Below are positions 31,670 to 44,635 of a stretch of 64,000 nucleotides of DNA, piece by piece. This stretch comes from Eledone cirrhosa (taxonomy: Eukaryota): the NCBI GenBank assembly GCA_964016885.1, contig OZ024741.1, positions 379,254,001-379,318,000 of the forward strand, in the 5' to 3' direction. The notes under the pieces are model-generated. The model did no database searches. It was not told the origin of the DNA and saw only the letters and a list, made by a program, of their open reading frames with translations. The position numbers were made by a program, and so were the translations under genes. Position 1 is the stretch's first letter. The number at the start of each line of letters is the position of its first letter.

Positions 31670-31897
31670 TTTTTTTTATTAACCACAAGGGTTTACATAA
31701 AGTAGACATTAAGGACAGTACAGGACAATACAGGACGGTACAAATGGGCATTTCTGCGTGTAAAAAAACAGAGGATGAAATAAAAATAACAAAGAAAAAT
31801 TCCCCAATAGGGGGGAGACTTCCGAGGGACATTTGTGGAGAAAGCCCATTAAAAGACCACCAGGGCAAGTGCCCTCTCCCAGTTTTCCACCTTTAAT

Positions 31898-34800
31898 TTA
31901 CAGACACATACTCAGAGAAGGCCCATTCATTCGGGCCATACTTCCTTCTCTCACCCATCTTTCAACAAAATGCTGGGAAGAGAGCACTTCCCTCTCTACC
32001 CTGATTTTCCTTTTCAAATGAAATTTGAAAAAGTTAATCAGGGCATCACCGAAGAGGTAAGTGCTCGTCTTCAGCCCTTTCAAACGTGTCCACCATACTA
32101 TCTCTTTCGCCATGGCCACCAGAGAGATAAAAACTGCCTGCCCTTCCCGGCTAAAGGAAGGGCGCGGGGCAATCCTCGCGATGGACTCAGCTGATAGCTG
32201 GATCCGTCCTACACGTGACAGCAGGTGTTCGACATAAACCCACAAGTCAGCAATGCTCGGACACTGGACGAGTGCGTGCAGGACGGTTTCGTCGCCCTGC
32301 GCGCATCTCGGACATGCCTGGCTGACGGCACCTCCATGCCTGTAGAGTTTATCCCGAACTGGCAAAGCTCCTCGGTAGCACTGCCAGGCCAGGGATTTCT
32401 GGAAGTTGTCCATAAGCCCCGGCCCGAAAGTCCTTCCGAAGAGATTGGCTAGTTGATTTTCGTCGACGCCTAGAGTTTCTCCAAGTACGTCGTCGCTCTT
32501 CCCCTCCACTAATCCCCTATAGAACGCCACGGTGGAGTTTCCACCGATCACATTGCCCGATTGGTCGAGGGCTGTGAGCGCATGAAGACATTCCAGTCTC
32601 CAAGCGCTCCCTCTCGGTCTTCGCTTGACCCAGGACTGCAGCTCCGTCAAGGAGACGAGCTGGGGAAAAACGTGTCTAGCAAACGGCGACCACACCTGAT
32701 CACCGTCGAGGAAGAGGTGGAGATGTCGTAGCCTGAGCGCGTGTCTGCGCATCATCAGCCACGGCATGCCCAGCCCTCCACGTAGCGGGTGTTGACAGCA
32801 GATGGACCGCCTGACCATCGGAGCGCGTCCCTTCCACAAGAAGCGAAACAGCAAACGCTCCAGTGCAGTCTGGCGGGGCTTAGGACTCACGACGGTCAGG
32901 CGGTAGTAGATGACGGATGCGATGTACGCATTCGCCACCTCCGCTCGACCTTTCAGGGATAGCTTCCTCTCGGCCCATTTCTGGGTGAGAGAAGCCACCC
33001 TGCTGGTCACCTCGTCCCAGTTTTTGTCCGTCTGGAGGTCTGGACCGAACCAGACCCCTAGCAATTTAACCGGTCCGTCCGTCCAGCGCCCGACGACGCT
33101 GTTGGACGGCATCGACCTGCCTCTCCAGGTGCCGAGCTGCAGGCCCACTGACTTTTCCTGGTTGATCATTGCTCCTGTCACCGCTTCGTATTCTCTTAGT
33201 GTAGTGCCGATCGCCTCGATGTGTTTGGCGTTCGACACCACTACGGTGACATCGTCGGCATATGCTGACACGGATCTTCCGCATCCTATTTCGCGCGGGA
33301 CCCCCCTCAACGTCTCCAGTTTGTGCAGTAATGGCTCGAGAGTCAATACGTACAATAGGGACGAGAGGGGACATCCTTGGCGGACCGAGCGCATGATGTT
33401 GAACGGTTCCGAAAGGTGACCGTTCACTCTCACTACAGAGCAGATGTCGCTGTGCATGGCAGCGATCCAGCCTCTGAAGACGGGCCCAAAGCCAGCCGCC
33501 CTCAGGACTGCCGCTAAGTAACGATGGTCGACCCTATCGAAGGCTTTCGATTGATCTAAATTGATCAAAGACCCACCCTTGCCAGGTTCCCTAGCTACAC
33601 TCTCTACGATGTATCGCATGAGGTGGAGGTTGTCGTGGATGGATCTGTTGGGAATGGCGCATGTCTGTGCCTCTCCCACCAGACCACCAACGACAAGCGC
33701 CAACCTCTTTGCTAGCACCTTGGCCAAAATCTTGAACTCTGTGTTTAGCAGAGTTATGGACCTAAAATTATCTATGTTATCCCCCTTGTTCGGATCCTTT
33801 CTCAGCAGCGCCACCGCTCCTCGGCTCACAGAGCTGGGAATTCTCCCGTTCTGTTGCCAGTTGCAGTAGACGTCCGCCAAGAGGCCTCCGAACAAGTTTG
33901 GCATTTGTACGTAAAGTTCATAGGGCAGACCATCCAAACCAGGCGATTTACCCCTTGTGCAACTAGTCATTGCATCCCGTACTTCAGCGGTTGTTATCGG
34001 CTTTTCGCAACACTCCGCCTCAGTGGCCGAAAGCCGCGGCAGTCCGTCGAGGTAGACACTAAAGTCCATCCCTCGATCCGGCCCGCCACTGCCCCCGAAC
34101 AGTTGAGCGAAGTGTCGCTGAAAAGCTTCACACATTTGCCCGGGATCGTGTAGCATGCGCCCGTCGTGGTCCACCAAAGACCGGATCGTGGCTTTGTTGC
34201 CACGACGCGCCTCCGCCACTCGGGCCCATTGAACGGCTTTCGTCCCCTCGTGTCTGAGAGCAGGCACCCTAGCACTGACAACGCAGCCTTCGTGCTTTGC
34301 ATTGAAGAATTGGTCAAGGGCCAATTTCGCCGCAAGTACGTCGGTCGCGATGCCTTTGCTAAGCGCCTCATCTAATTTTCTAACTAGTTCTCCCTCTGCT
34401 CTATTTTTCTCTATTGCTAAAGTCTTACTAAACCTAATGGACTCTATTCTAATTGCTCTTTTCAGCGCAAACCACCACTTGTTGTTGACGATGGCCCCCG
34501 TCAACGCCCGCTTAACTAGTTCGCTAATCCGGTCTCTGTAGGCCTTGCGCGCTGGTAAGGAGGCGTTTAGCTTCCAGTAGCCGGGTCCTCGCCTATGAAG
34601 CCTATCTAAGTCAAGCACACAGATCACGAATTTGTGGTCCGTGTAGCTGACTATCTTGAATTGTGGACAGCCTATGCTAGACCTATCTATTTCCCTACAA
34701 CATACTCTATCTAGATATGATCTAGATGACCCTATGTGATTTGTCCAAGTCCACATTGGTACATTCGGGAAATCCATTCGGTACCTGTCAGACAGTTCAA

Positions 34801-35314
34801 AACGTCTGAGCAGGTTGGTGAGACTCTTGCACCCTCCTTCCCTATCCACTAATCCCACACAATCCCAGCGTGCATCTAAGATCCCATTCCAGTCGCCCAC
34901 TAACACTAAAGAGCCGGACGTTCCAAGAAAGGTCTCCAGACGCCGGAAGAAATCAGGCCGCCCTGCTCCTGTCGGGGCATAGACGGCTACTAACCTGAAA
35001 GCTTGCCCGTCTCCGCTGGTCACGTCCAGCACCACCAACTTACCTTCTGGGTCCAGGAAGATGGCCCGTATGGCAAGATCCAAACCTCTCCGAAAAAGCA
35101 CAGTAACTCCTCCCCCCGATCCCGGACGGCTGGGAGATGCGTACACATCGTAGCCGCCGAAGATCGGTGCGAAAGCCTGTGCTTCGGAGATTCTGGTCTC
35201 GCTGATGGCCACTACATCTATGTTTAGTGACCTGAGGTCGTTGAGCAGGTGGCCCTGCTTCCATGACGACCCCAAGCCACGCGCATTTATGCTGCCTATT
35301 CTGAGTGAGGTCAT
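31898..35314 (-). CDS. Tx1/L1-clade ORF2: AP endonuclease + reverse transcriptase + C-terminal Zn finger (1138 aa, uninterrupted)
   Basis: SINARGL, ISETR, VYAP, GDWN, YLDRV, TDH; KSPGLDG, LDQSKAFDRVDH, RQGCPLS, AYADD; CPRC...ETVLHALVQC. Confidence 0.95.
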   Translation of the reverse strand: MTSLRIGSINARGLGSSWKQGHLLNDLRSLNIDVVAISETRISEAQAFAPIFGGYDVYASPSRPGSGGGVTVLFRRGLDLAIRAIFLDPEGKLVVLDVTSGDGQAFRLVAVYAPTGAGRPDFFRRLETFLGTSGSLVLVGDWNGILDARWDCVGLVDREGGCKSLTNLLRRFELSDRYRMDFPNVPMWTWTNHIGSSRSYLDRVCCREIDRSSIGCPQFKIVSYTDHKFVICVLDLDRLHRRGPGYWKLNASLPARKAYRDRISELVKRALTGAIVNNKWWFALKRAIRIESIRFSKTLAIEKNRAEGELVRKLDEALSKGIATDVLAAKLALDQFFNAKHEGCVVSARVPALRHEGTKAVQWARVAEARRGNKATIRSLVDHDGRMLHDPGQMCEAFQRHFAQLFGGSGGPDRGMDFSVYLDGLPRLSATEAECCEKPITTAEVRDAMTSCTRGKSPGLDGLPYELYVQMPNLFGGLLADVYCNWQQNGRIPSSVSRGAVALLRKDPNKGDNIDNFRSITLLNTEFKILAKVLAKRLALVVGGLVGEAQTCAIPNRSIHDNLHLMRYIVESVAREPGKGGSLINLDQSKAFDRVDHRYLAAVLRAAGFGPVFRGWIAAMHSDICSVVRVNGHLSEPFNIMRSVRQGCPLSSLLYVLTLEPLLHKLETLRGVPREIGCGRSVSAYADDVTVVVSNAKHIEAIGTTLREYEAVTGAMINQEKSVGLQLGTWRGRSMPSNSVVGRWTDGPVKLLGVWFGPDLQTDKNWDEVTSRVASLTQKWAERKLSLKGRAEVANAYIASVIYYRLTVVSPKPRQTALERLLFRFLWKGRAPMVRRSICCQHPLRGGLGMPWLMMRRHALRLRHLHLFLDGDQVWSPFARHVFPQLVSLTELQSWVKRRPRGSAWRLECLHALTALDQSGNVIGGNSTVAFYRGLVEGKSDDVLGETLGVDENQLANLFGRTFGPGLMDNFQKSLAWQCYRGALPVRDKLYRHGGAVSQACPRCAQGDETVLHALVQCPSIADLWVYVEHLLSRVGRIQLSAESIARIAPRPSFSREGQAVFISLVAMAKEIVWWTRLKGLKTSTYLFGDALINFFKFHLKRKIRVEREVLSSQHFVERWVREGSMARMNGPSLSMCL

Positions 35315-35433
35315 GTTGAAAAGGAGTGGAAAAGATGGGAAAGTACACTTACCTTACTTCTCGTAGGGGAAGGACGGTTTTTCCATCCTTTTCACTGCTT
35401 GTGGCCTCCTCGGGAAGGATGTCCTTATAAATC

Positions 35434-36884
35434 TCACCTGGAGAGTGCTTGTCGGAAGTCTCCGATGTCTTTGGGGAATTTTTGTTTTAGTGTCATGTAC
35501 GTTTTCTGTGTGATGCGAGTGATTTGTATGTGTGAAGGTGGTGTGAATGGTGGGGTTGTTGTGTAGTCTTTTTCTGTGATGCTGGTGTTGTGTTGGATGT
35601 AGTGTAATAATTGCTTGTTCAAATTTAATGCTGTGTAGTGTAAATCGTTTTGGTTGTTTTGTTTTGTTTGCGTTTGTTGTGGGTTTGTTTCTGTTTCGCA
35701 GTTTGGTGGATTTTGTGGTGTAGGTGATGGTGGTGTTGGGGTTAATGATGGTGATGGTGTTGGTGATGCTGGTGTGGATGGTGGCATATCTGTCCTAACC
35801 TTTTTGTTTGTTAATTTATTTGTTTCCCTCTGTATTTTGTTTTTGGAGGGGGAAGGAAGAGAATATTTTCTTTTTTGGTTTCTTTTTTTTCCGGATATCG
35901 TTTCCCACTCCTCGTCGTCACAATCTGTCTCCAGTTGTGATAGGCCGGGGAGTGGAAAATCCTCCACAGGCGTTAGTTTTGGTTGTGGCGTGGTGGATGG
36001 TGTAGGCGCTGGTGCTAGTTCTGAAGCGTTGGGTGGTGGTGGTGTTGGTTTTGCTGGTGGTGGTGGTGGTGTTGGTTTTGCTACTGTTGCTGGGGTTGTT
36101 GCTGTTATAGTTGCTTCTGTTGTTGCTGCCATCTCTGCTACTGGTGGGGTTGATCGTTGTGTCACTGGGGTGGGTAGGAGAGGTGGCCTCAACCTTTTAG
36201 CCTGAGGGCAGAAAGCCCTTAGGTGGGTTCCTTCACCACAAACGACACACCTAGGTCTTCTGCCCTCGACAATTACCGTGAGGTGGCTGCCGTCAGTGAG
36301 GTCTATTACCTCTGGGATCTCCTCAATTCAGGAGCTCCATCCCAGATCCGGACCAGTTCTCCTGCTTTTCTTTTGCTATTGCTATTATTTTTGTGTTGGC
36401 TTCGATGCCGGCGAGGACGGCCGCTTATTAGTCAGGGAATTTCGATGGCCGGTGGAACGTGGGTCACCCTGATCTTTACGAGTCTCTGGCCACAATAGCT
36501 TGGGACGAGTGTGAAGTCGTCACTTCTTAATGGGGCCATGAAGTGTTCTTTAGCCTCCTCTGTTGTTTCAAAGAACACGTCCACGGTTCCATACTTCTGC
36601 CCACGTCTGATGTGTGTTTTCCTTGCCCACACATGTCCCAAAGCTTTTTGGATTTGGGACTCGGATGCCCGTTCCACTCGGCGCGATTTTACATTTATTG
36701 TTCGATACGACACGGTGCATAGGCGCCGATGCTCCATTTTATTATATTATATATAAATATTGCTACTGCTTATATTTTTTGTAGTGTTGGCAAACGTAGT
36801 AACATTTACAATGGTGGTGTCGGTGTGAGTTGTTAATTTGTGAGAAAGGCTTTCAGCTGATTGGTGCAGTGGTGAATTAGCCAT
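35434..36884 (-). pseudogene. Tx1 ORF1 (gag-like), broken by stops/frameshifts
   Basis: Zinc knuckle CVVCGEGTHLRAFC (~36210-36250) in frame with the P/T-rich ORF 35434-36192; upstream piece 36432-36737 resembles copy B ORF1 (YGTVDVFF vs FGTISVLF). Confidence 0.8.
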
Positions 36885-37093
36885 TTTTTTTTCAAAGAAA
36901 TGTTTTGATAATCATAAAAGTTTAAATTTTGGGCACAAGGCCCCAATCTTTTTGGGTGTCCTTTTCGGAAAACAATGTATGTGCGCTTATAAACAGTTAA
37001 CAATAAAATTTTCCATAAATGACAATTTTTAACAAACGGAAATAACAAATCTTTGCGGAGCTCACGATGATACGATTTACTACGTAGGTCGCC

Positions 37094-37181
<88 letters not shown>
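37094..37181. repeat. (AAT)n tract
   Basis: Direct reading. Confidence 0.97.
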
Positions 37182-37182
<1 letters not shown>

Positions 37183-40100
37183 GGGAAGAAGACGCACGAG
37201 GTGGTAGAAGGTCATGAAATCGCTCCCGTAAGTTTTGAATTTTTAACATATTTAAATCATTTGTGAAATAACAACTCTTAGTACAAATGTTACGCAAAGC
37301 ATCCGGCTTGAGCCCCCAAAAAATTCGGACCCTAGATATATTGTTATAAGGCTCAAATATTCAAATATTCAACTTTGTATTGTACATTGTATATTCAAAA
37401 AATAAAATGGCTATCACTGGAAGAAGAAGACCTCCCCCCTCCTCTGTCTACACTATATAGAACAGCCAAACAACACCAATCTCACCAACACCAGAAACTA
37501 GATACACCACCTACCCCATCACCTCTCTGTGTACACTAAACACAACAGCCAGATAACGGCAACTTCACCACCGCCACAACCAATCTCAACATAATAATGA
37601 TAATAATAAATACTATTATTATTGTCCTAAGTTTTAACAAAATGTTTAATTCCAACATTAAGGGAATTTATGTCAACACATGTACCTGACTAACCCCATA
37701 GATTCACCGAACGGACACCAGTAACGACAACGCCGCCCATCCATCATTACTACCACTATCCAATCACCGCCGCCACCACTCCTTCATTGCTACTACCGCT
37801 ACATCACCATCACTACAGTAATACGATCACATCACCACCACCACTGCCTCAGTATCGACATCACCACCACCACTGTCTCAGTATCGCTACCGCCGCTATT
37901 CTCTCCCATTGCTTCCTGCTAGTTGCTGCTAGCATAGCAGCAACACCACATTAAATAATTTCTACTAAAAAAGAGGAAGGCATCAAAATATATAGATAGA
38001 CTCAAAAGAAAAAACAAAAATCAAAACCAAAGCAGCACAGCAACAAAAAAAAGGAAAAACAAACAGAGAAAAACAAAAACAAAAAAAAGCGTAAAGAAAA
38101 TAAGAAGGAAGAGAGAAACAAGCGGACGGACAGAGAAGAGAAGGGAAAAACTAAGTCAGACATTCGAACACTACATTACAAGGAAACTTATGCTTATTCA
38201 TTTTGGGGGTTTTTTCTGCCTGTTTGTTTGTTTGTTTATTTGTGTTCGTCTACAGCGTGGTGATAATGCCACACAAGAGCCAAGTGGAGTGACGCAACCA
38301 CCGGAGACGGTGAATCCACAGATGGTTATGTAACCATACATTCGCCAATCCTCTATAAGAGTGTTTAAATATCGAACCTAAACAGTTCGAATAACGGTGA
38401 AATGGAGACTAAAACGTCATGTGACAGACACTCACCCAACAGGTGCTCCCTGGCTCAGCAGCAGGAAGCTGGCTGTTAACCAAATACTGCTGGTGTCGGA
38501 GGAAGAAGAAGAAGGAAAGGGACCAGAACCAACTGGACGAAAGAATTGAATAGAACTGTTATGCAATGTTGCCTGAAATGTAACCCCAAGGAGAGGGGCT
38601 ATAGGAGACGGATGCATAACATCTGGAACGAGATTGGTCTATTTAAATTAGATGAACAAAAATTGGTCTGGCAGGCTCGGGTAATAAGAACTAATGGGTG
38701 GATAAGCGAGCTGGAACTGGAGGAACTGGGCAGAGAGATTAGCTTGGAGATGAAGGGTGGAGTATGCCAGGCAAACGAGCCAGTGGGAAATGAAGGTGAA
38801 GAGGTCGAGAGAACGGAGGAACCACCCGAAGCAGACAATGATCTGAATACTGAGATAAATAATACCTGGAACAGAGATACGGCCACTGAGGAGATGAATG
38901 CTGACGGGCTAGGACAAGATTCGGATGACATCCTAAATTTAGTGGTAGATGAACTGAACAATGATAGTGGGAGACCTATGAACCTAAGATTTGTAGACAG
39001 GAACAAGTTAAAAGAAACAACAGCTAAGGTAAACAAAGTCATCCCATACCTTGAGGCGAGGAGCCTTCACCAGTGCAACAATATCCTCAAAGCAACAGCA
39101 AATACGGTGAGGAAACTACTTGGTATTAAAGCGAGAGGAAACAACAGACAAGAAAGAGCAGAACCTTGGTGGAAGAAACGACTGAGTGGTCAAATAAATC
39201 AGGGAAATGAGAAATGACATTGGAAAGCTTGAGTCCCTACTGAATGGGACACTAAAAAACATAGGCACTAAAAATAGACTGAAAATAAAGTACAAAACTA
39301 GGAGGAAAAAGCTAAATATTATCATAGAGGAACTGAAGCAACGCATTGTAGCAAAGAGTGCAACAATCAGGCGATACGAGAATAGAGTTAGTCAGTATAA
39401 ACAGAACCGAATGTTCGACAACAACCAGAAGATGTTGTTTGGACAGCTTGAGGGGAAAGAAAGAGGAAACGACTTGATCCCTGAGGCGGAACAAACTAAA
39501 ACATTCTGGAGAGGAATATGGGAGCAGGATGTTAGACATAATGACCAGGCAGGGTGGATTGAGATAGTACAGAAGGAGATCGGTGAGCAGGCACACCAAC
39601 AAACTGATTTGAGTTTCACAGTTGAAACTCTTAAGGGGCAGGCCAAAAAACTAACCAACTGGAAATCACCAGGCCCAGATGGTGTGCAGGGGTATTGGAT
39701 TGAAAATATAACATCCCTCCACCCGAAACTGACAACCATGTTCAATGACTGCTTGATGTCAGGTGGGGTACCAGAGTGGTTGACAAAAAGTACCACAGTT
39801 CTGATAATGAAAGACCGAATCAAGGGTAATGATGTTACCAACTATAGACCTATCACATGTCTGTCCGTAATGTGGAAACTGTTGACGAGCATTGTGTCTG
39901 AGGAAATCTACCATCACCTCCACACAAACAACTTGTTACCGGACGAACAGAAAGGATGCCGAAAGAAGTCACGTGGTACAAAGGACCAGTTACTTATCGA
40001 TAAGATGGTAATGGGGAATTGCAGGAGGAGACACTGATCTTGCCATGGGATGGATAGACTACAGAAAGGCATTTGACATGGTGCCTCATTCTTGGATCAC

Positions 40101-41441
40101 CAAAAGCCTGGAGATCTTCAAGGTGGCAGATAACATCAGACAGTTGTTGGGCAAGAGTATGAGGTCCTGGGAAACAGAGTTGACATCAACTGGAGAATCC
40201 TTGGGAAGCGTGAAGATCAAGAGAGGTATCTTCCAGGGAGATAGCCTGTCCGATCTATTGTTTGTCCTTGCCCTGATGCCCCTGACCAGTCTACTGCGAG
40301 CAGGATACGGGTTGGGAAAGGGAGGGCTTACCATCAATCACCTCCTCTTCATGGACGATCTTAAGCTCTTCGGGAAGAGTGAGAAGGAGTTGGATGTGCT
40401 TGTTGACACTGTCCGTATTTTCAGCAGTGATATATGTATGCAGTTTGGTATTAGTAAGTGTGGGGTCACTGTGATGAGGTGGGGTAGGTTGAGCAGAAGT
40501 AACGGAATCCAGATACCAACAGGTGAGATGATAAAGGAAATTGACTCTGAGGAAGAATACAAGTATTTGGGCGTTCTTGAGGCTGATGGCATAAAGAACA
40601 AAAAAAATGAAGGAATTGTTAAAAAATGAATACATTCGGAGAGCAAGGAGCGTGTTGAAGTCACATCTGAACAGCAGAAATGCCATAAGCGCAGTAAATT
40701 CCCGAGCTGTGTCTATTATTAGGTGCAGTACGGGAATTCTGAGATGGAATGTTGCCGAACAAAAAGAAATGGATAGGAAGACTAGGAAGCTATTGACTAT
40801 CTACAACATGTTCCACAAGAGGAGTGATGTCGATAGACTCTACCTAAGGAGATCTGAGGGTGGAAGAGGTCTTATCAGCATAGAGGACTGTGTTCAGATG
40901 GAGAAAAACAACCTACACAAATACGTGACTGATAGTAAGGAGCCAATGCTCAGAACTGTACTGAAGGAGGGGACAATAGGTCAGGGGTTGTCCAAGGAGG
41001 AAATAACATCAAGGAGAAAGAGCAGCCTTCAGGAAAAATCCCTTCATAGTACCTTCTTTGAGAAAACTGAATTTAGAGATACACAGACATGGAACTGGTT
41101 GAGAAGAGGAGACCTTAAAAAGGCTACAGAAGGAATGTTAATGGCTGCGCAGGAGCAGGCCATCAAAACGAAGTGGTTGAAATACCATATTTACAAGGAG
41201 GAAGCTAGCCCACTGTGCAGGATCTGTGGAGAGAGAGAGGAGACTGTGGCTCACATTGTATCCGAGTGTAAACACCTAGCCCAGACCCACTATAAGGGCT
41301 GGAGACATGATGTGATGGGCAGGGTGATCCACTGGCGCCTGTGCAAAGTAAACAATTTACCACATTCTCAGAAATGATATGAGCATAAGCCAGATGCGGT
41401 GACAGAAAACGATCAGGTGGAGGTGCTGTGGGATTTTAGGA

Positions 41442-42793
41442 TACGTTGATAGCATCCTGATACTTACTTCTTCCCGGGAGATGGCGAATGAAATTCACCA
41501 AATCTTCAACGATACTGACCATCACGTCGATTTCACCATCGAACACCCAGAAGAAGACGGGTCACTCGCCCTCCTCGACTTCCGTATCACCATCTCGGAA
41601 GAAGGAGACATAAACACCACCTTCTACCGCAAAGCAGCGTGCAAGGACTTATTTGTGCATGACAACTCAGCCCTCCCCAACAACGCTAAGAGAGGCTATG
41701 TCCTAAATGAACTGACACGGATCACTAACAGATGCAGCGACACGATGGGTGGTCTCACCCATACCACGCAATTCCGTAATCTACTCAAGTCTAATGGATA
41801 TCCCAAGTGACTGATTAACGGAATTAGAGACCCCAGACCCAATAGACAGACACCCACTAGAATCTTAAATAAAAGCAGGTGCTTCTTTAAAATCCCCCAC
41901 CTGAGTGAATATACCACGAACGCCATCCGCAGGGCCATACGGACGGAGGGACTTGACATACATTTGGCCCACACAGGACCTTCGCTGCGAAGATGCCTCT
42001 CCAACAAACCCGACGAGTCAGATGGGACGTGTTCCCTCAGCAACTGCCCGATACGGGGGGCAGATTGCCTACGCACCTATGTCGTATATAAGATTCAATG
42101 CGATAAATGCAACACGTTTTACATAGGTAGCACCATCCGACCCCTACATATTCGTATCAAGGAACATATCAACACCAACGCATCTTCCTTCCGTAAACAC
42201 ATCCTTAAATGCGGAAACCCACAGGGTAGACCCTTGGTCACAGTCCTAGCGACTGAACGCAGCATCTGATCCTTAAGGATTAAGGAAGCACTTGTTATTA
42301 AGAACCTCAGACCCCCACTTAACAACCGGGCTGAGAGAAATGAGCTGACATGGCTAACTTAACCATAGTAACCATTCACAGCCCTTACGGCCTGCTATTT
42401 TCACACACACGCATGTATAAGCATACCCATACGCATACACACACACATCTATATTTATACACGCACACATGTTTTTACAACCTACCACCTTTCACACCCT
42501 TTGATTTCCAGCTTCTACAGCCCACACACACACGCACTCACACATATACACACACAGTTACACACACATATTTATTTACACACACATATTTTACGGCTTT
42601 CACACGCTAGCGCACCCTCTTGATTTAACCCATTTGGTCAGTAGCTTTTGCCACAGCCTATCACCTTCTACCTTTCTTTTGTTTTCATCTTTGTCTCTCT
42701 CAATTTTCACTTTCTCCTATTTCTCCTATCTATCATTCACTTCCTACCTCGAGATTTCCCTCTGCATTGTTGTGGCTTTCTAAACTACGTATT

Positions 42794-42795
<2 letters not shown>
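41442..42795 (+). mobile_element. 5'-truncated Penelope-like element nested in the Dong/R4 element
   Basis: YVDSIL, DFTIEHPEEDGSLALLDF, FYRKA; VVYKIQC..FYIGSTIRPLHIRIKEH; host sequence resumes at 42866 (compare 45400-45450). Confidence 0.85.

Positions 42796-42865
<70 letters not shown>
42796..42865. repeat. (AAT)n tract at the 3' junction of the nested PLE
   Basis: Direct reading. Confidence 0.95.
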
Positions 42866-42867
<2 letters not shown>

Positions 42868-43275
42868 CTGGAACACAATAGACCTGACCTGGTGGTTGTG
42901 GACAAAGAAAAAAGATCGTGTCTGATTGTGGATGTGGCCTGCCGTTTCGACACGAGAGTGCAAGAGAAGGAGAGGGAGAAAATTAACCGATACCAGCACC
43001 TAAAGTGGGAGGTGAAAAGGATTTAGAACTGCCATGAAGTCAAAGTGATCCCGATTGTCATAGGCGCACTGGGGACTATCTCCAAAAGTTTCCAGGGATG
43101 GTTAAAGAAAATCGGCCCCGTCACGCTTTTTGGAACGCTTCAAAAGGCATGCTTGCTTGGAACAGCAAGAACCCTCCGATACGTCCTGAATATCTGAGGC
43201 TGCAGGTAGTGGCTTGATATTCATTCCAACGGACTTTCCAGTTAACCAACAACAATGACTGAGATTCAAGGAATA

Positions 43276-43280
43276 ACAAC

Positions 43281-43350
<70 letters not shown>
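43276..43350. repeat. (AAT)n tail/target tract
   Basis: Direct reading. Confidence 0.95.
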
Positions 43351-43352
<2 letters not shown>

Positions 43353-44635
43353 TTGGATAGATTATAAAAAAGCATTCGATATTTTGCCGCACAGTTGGAT
43401 TGAAAAATGTTTAAAGATTTTCAAAATATCCCCCGTTGTCAGGAGGTTTTTGTCATTCAGTATGAAGACATGGAAAACGACACTCCTTTTGAATAGTGAA
43501 ACAAAATCACTGGAAGCTGGAGAAGTTAATATTAATTGTGGAATTTTTCAGGGTACCTCTTTATCACCGCTTTTATTCTGCATCGCACTTATACCATTAA
43601 GTAAAATGCTCAATGAAACAAAACATGGATATAGAGTCTATGACAAAACCATTAATCACTTGTTCTACATGAATGACCTGAAACTATTTGCAAAAAATGA
43701 TGAACAATTGCAAGGGCTATTATCCACTGTGGAGCAGTTCAGTGATGACATTAAAATGGAGTTTGGACTAGATAAATGTGCCAAAGCAACGTTCACCAGA
43801 GGAAAGCTGCTGAAGAGTTCAGACATTAATCTTGATCGGGGGAACGTGATAAGAGAACTTGATCAAGAAGAAAACTTACAAATATCTAGGTGTTTGTGAA
43901 GGAGACGGAATCAAGCACTCGACAATGAGGGAAAGGATAAGGAAGGAATGTTACCGCAGAGTAAGAGCAATCTTAAGAACGGAATTGAATGCAAGGAATA
44001 GGATCGATGCCATAAACACGCTTGCCATACCAGTAGTAACCTACAGTTACAATGTCATCAACTGGTCAAGGACAGAGATCCGTAGGCTCGATACAAAAAT
44101 TCGAAAATTCTTAACCATGCACAGAATGCATCACCCTAAGGCAGATATAGATAGAATATATCTCCCTAGGAAAGAAGGAGGGTGTGGGTTAGTCCAGTTA
44201 GACATTGCGTTGAAAACTGCAACAATTGGATTATCTACATATCTAAGGGAATCGCATGATTGGACGATCAAACTCGTTTTGAAACACGAATGCATCAAAG
44301 GATCATATTCCATTACAACACATGCACAAAGATACAGTAATGGACTACAAATTTCAGAAGTCCCATTTACTGCTGAAATGGAAAACACAGAAAAAGCAAA
44401 GCAGGTAAAAGTAACTACAAAGAAAGAACTGCTACAGAAACTAGCTAAGAAATGGCAAGAAAAGCCTCTGTATGGAAAATACCCAGAGCGGGCTAACAAT
44501 CCTGATGTTGACAAAACTTTAACCCATCAGTGGTTGGCATCCTTTGGACTGAAATCGGAGACTGAAGGACTGATTATATCAGCACAAGATCAGTGTCTGC
44601 CAACAAAAAATTACCAAGCCAACATAATAAAAAAT
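43351..44635 (+). mobile_element. Second, divergent Dong/R4-family RT fragment (5'-truncated at (AAT)n)
   Basis: WIDYKKAFDILPHSW, GIFQGTSLSP, HLFYMNDLKL, YKYLG, SAQDQ. Confidence 0.85.

Larger units (their letters stand above)
31669..37093 (-). mobile_element. Full-length Tx1-type LINE copy C flanked by (AAT)n
   Basis: 5' UTR, ORF1, ORF2 and 3' UTR ending AATAAAAAAAAC-(ATT)n; 5' end abuts (AAT)n at 37094. Confidence 0.9.
38260..43275 (+). mobile_element. Dong/R4-clade RLE-type non-LTR retrotransposon (frameshifted, interrupted by a PLE); 5' boundary approximate
   Basis: EPWWKKRL, KSPGPDGVQGYW, NYRPITCL, EQKGCRK, IDYRKAFDMVPH, GIFQGDSLS, LFMDDLKL, CRIC..ETVAHIVSEC, RHD, RPDLVV..IVDVA; (AAT)n tail. 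Confidence 0.9.

Noticed and set aside
31970-36756. Many plus-strand ORFs over the Tx1 element
   Set aside because: Antisense shadows of ORF1/ORF2 with no independent motifs
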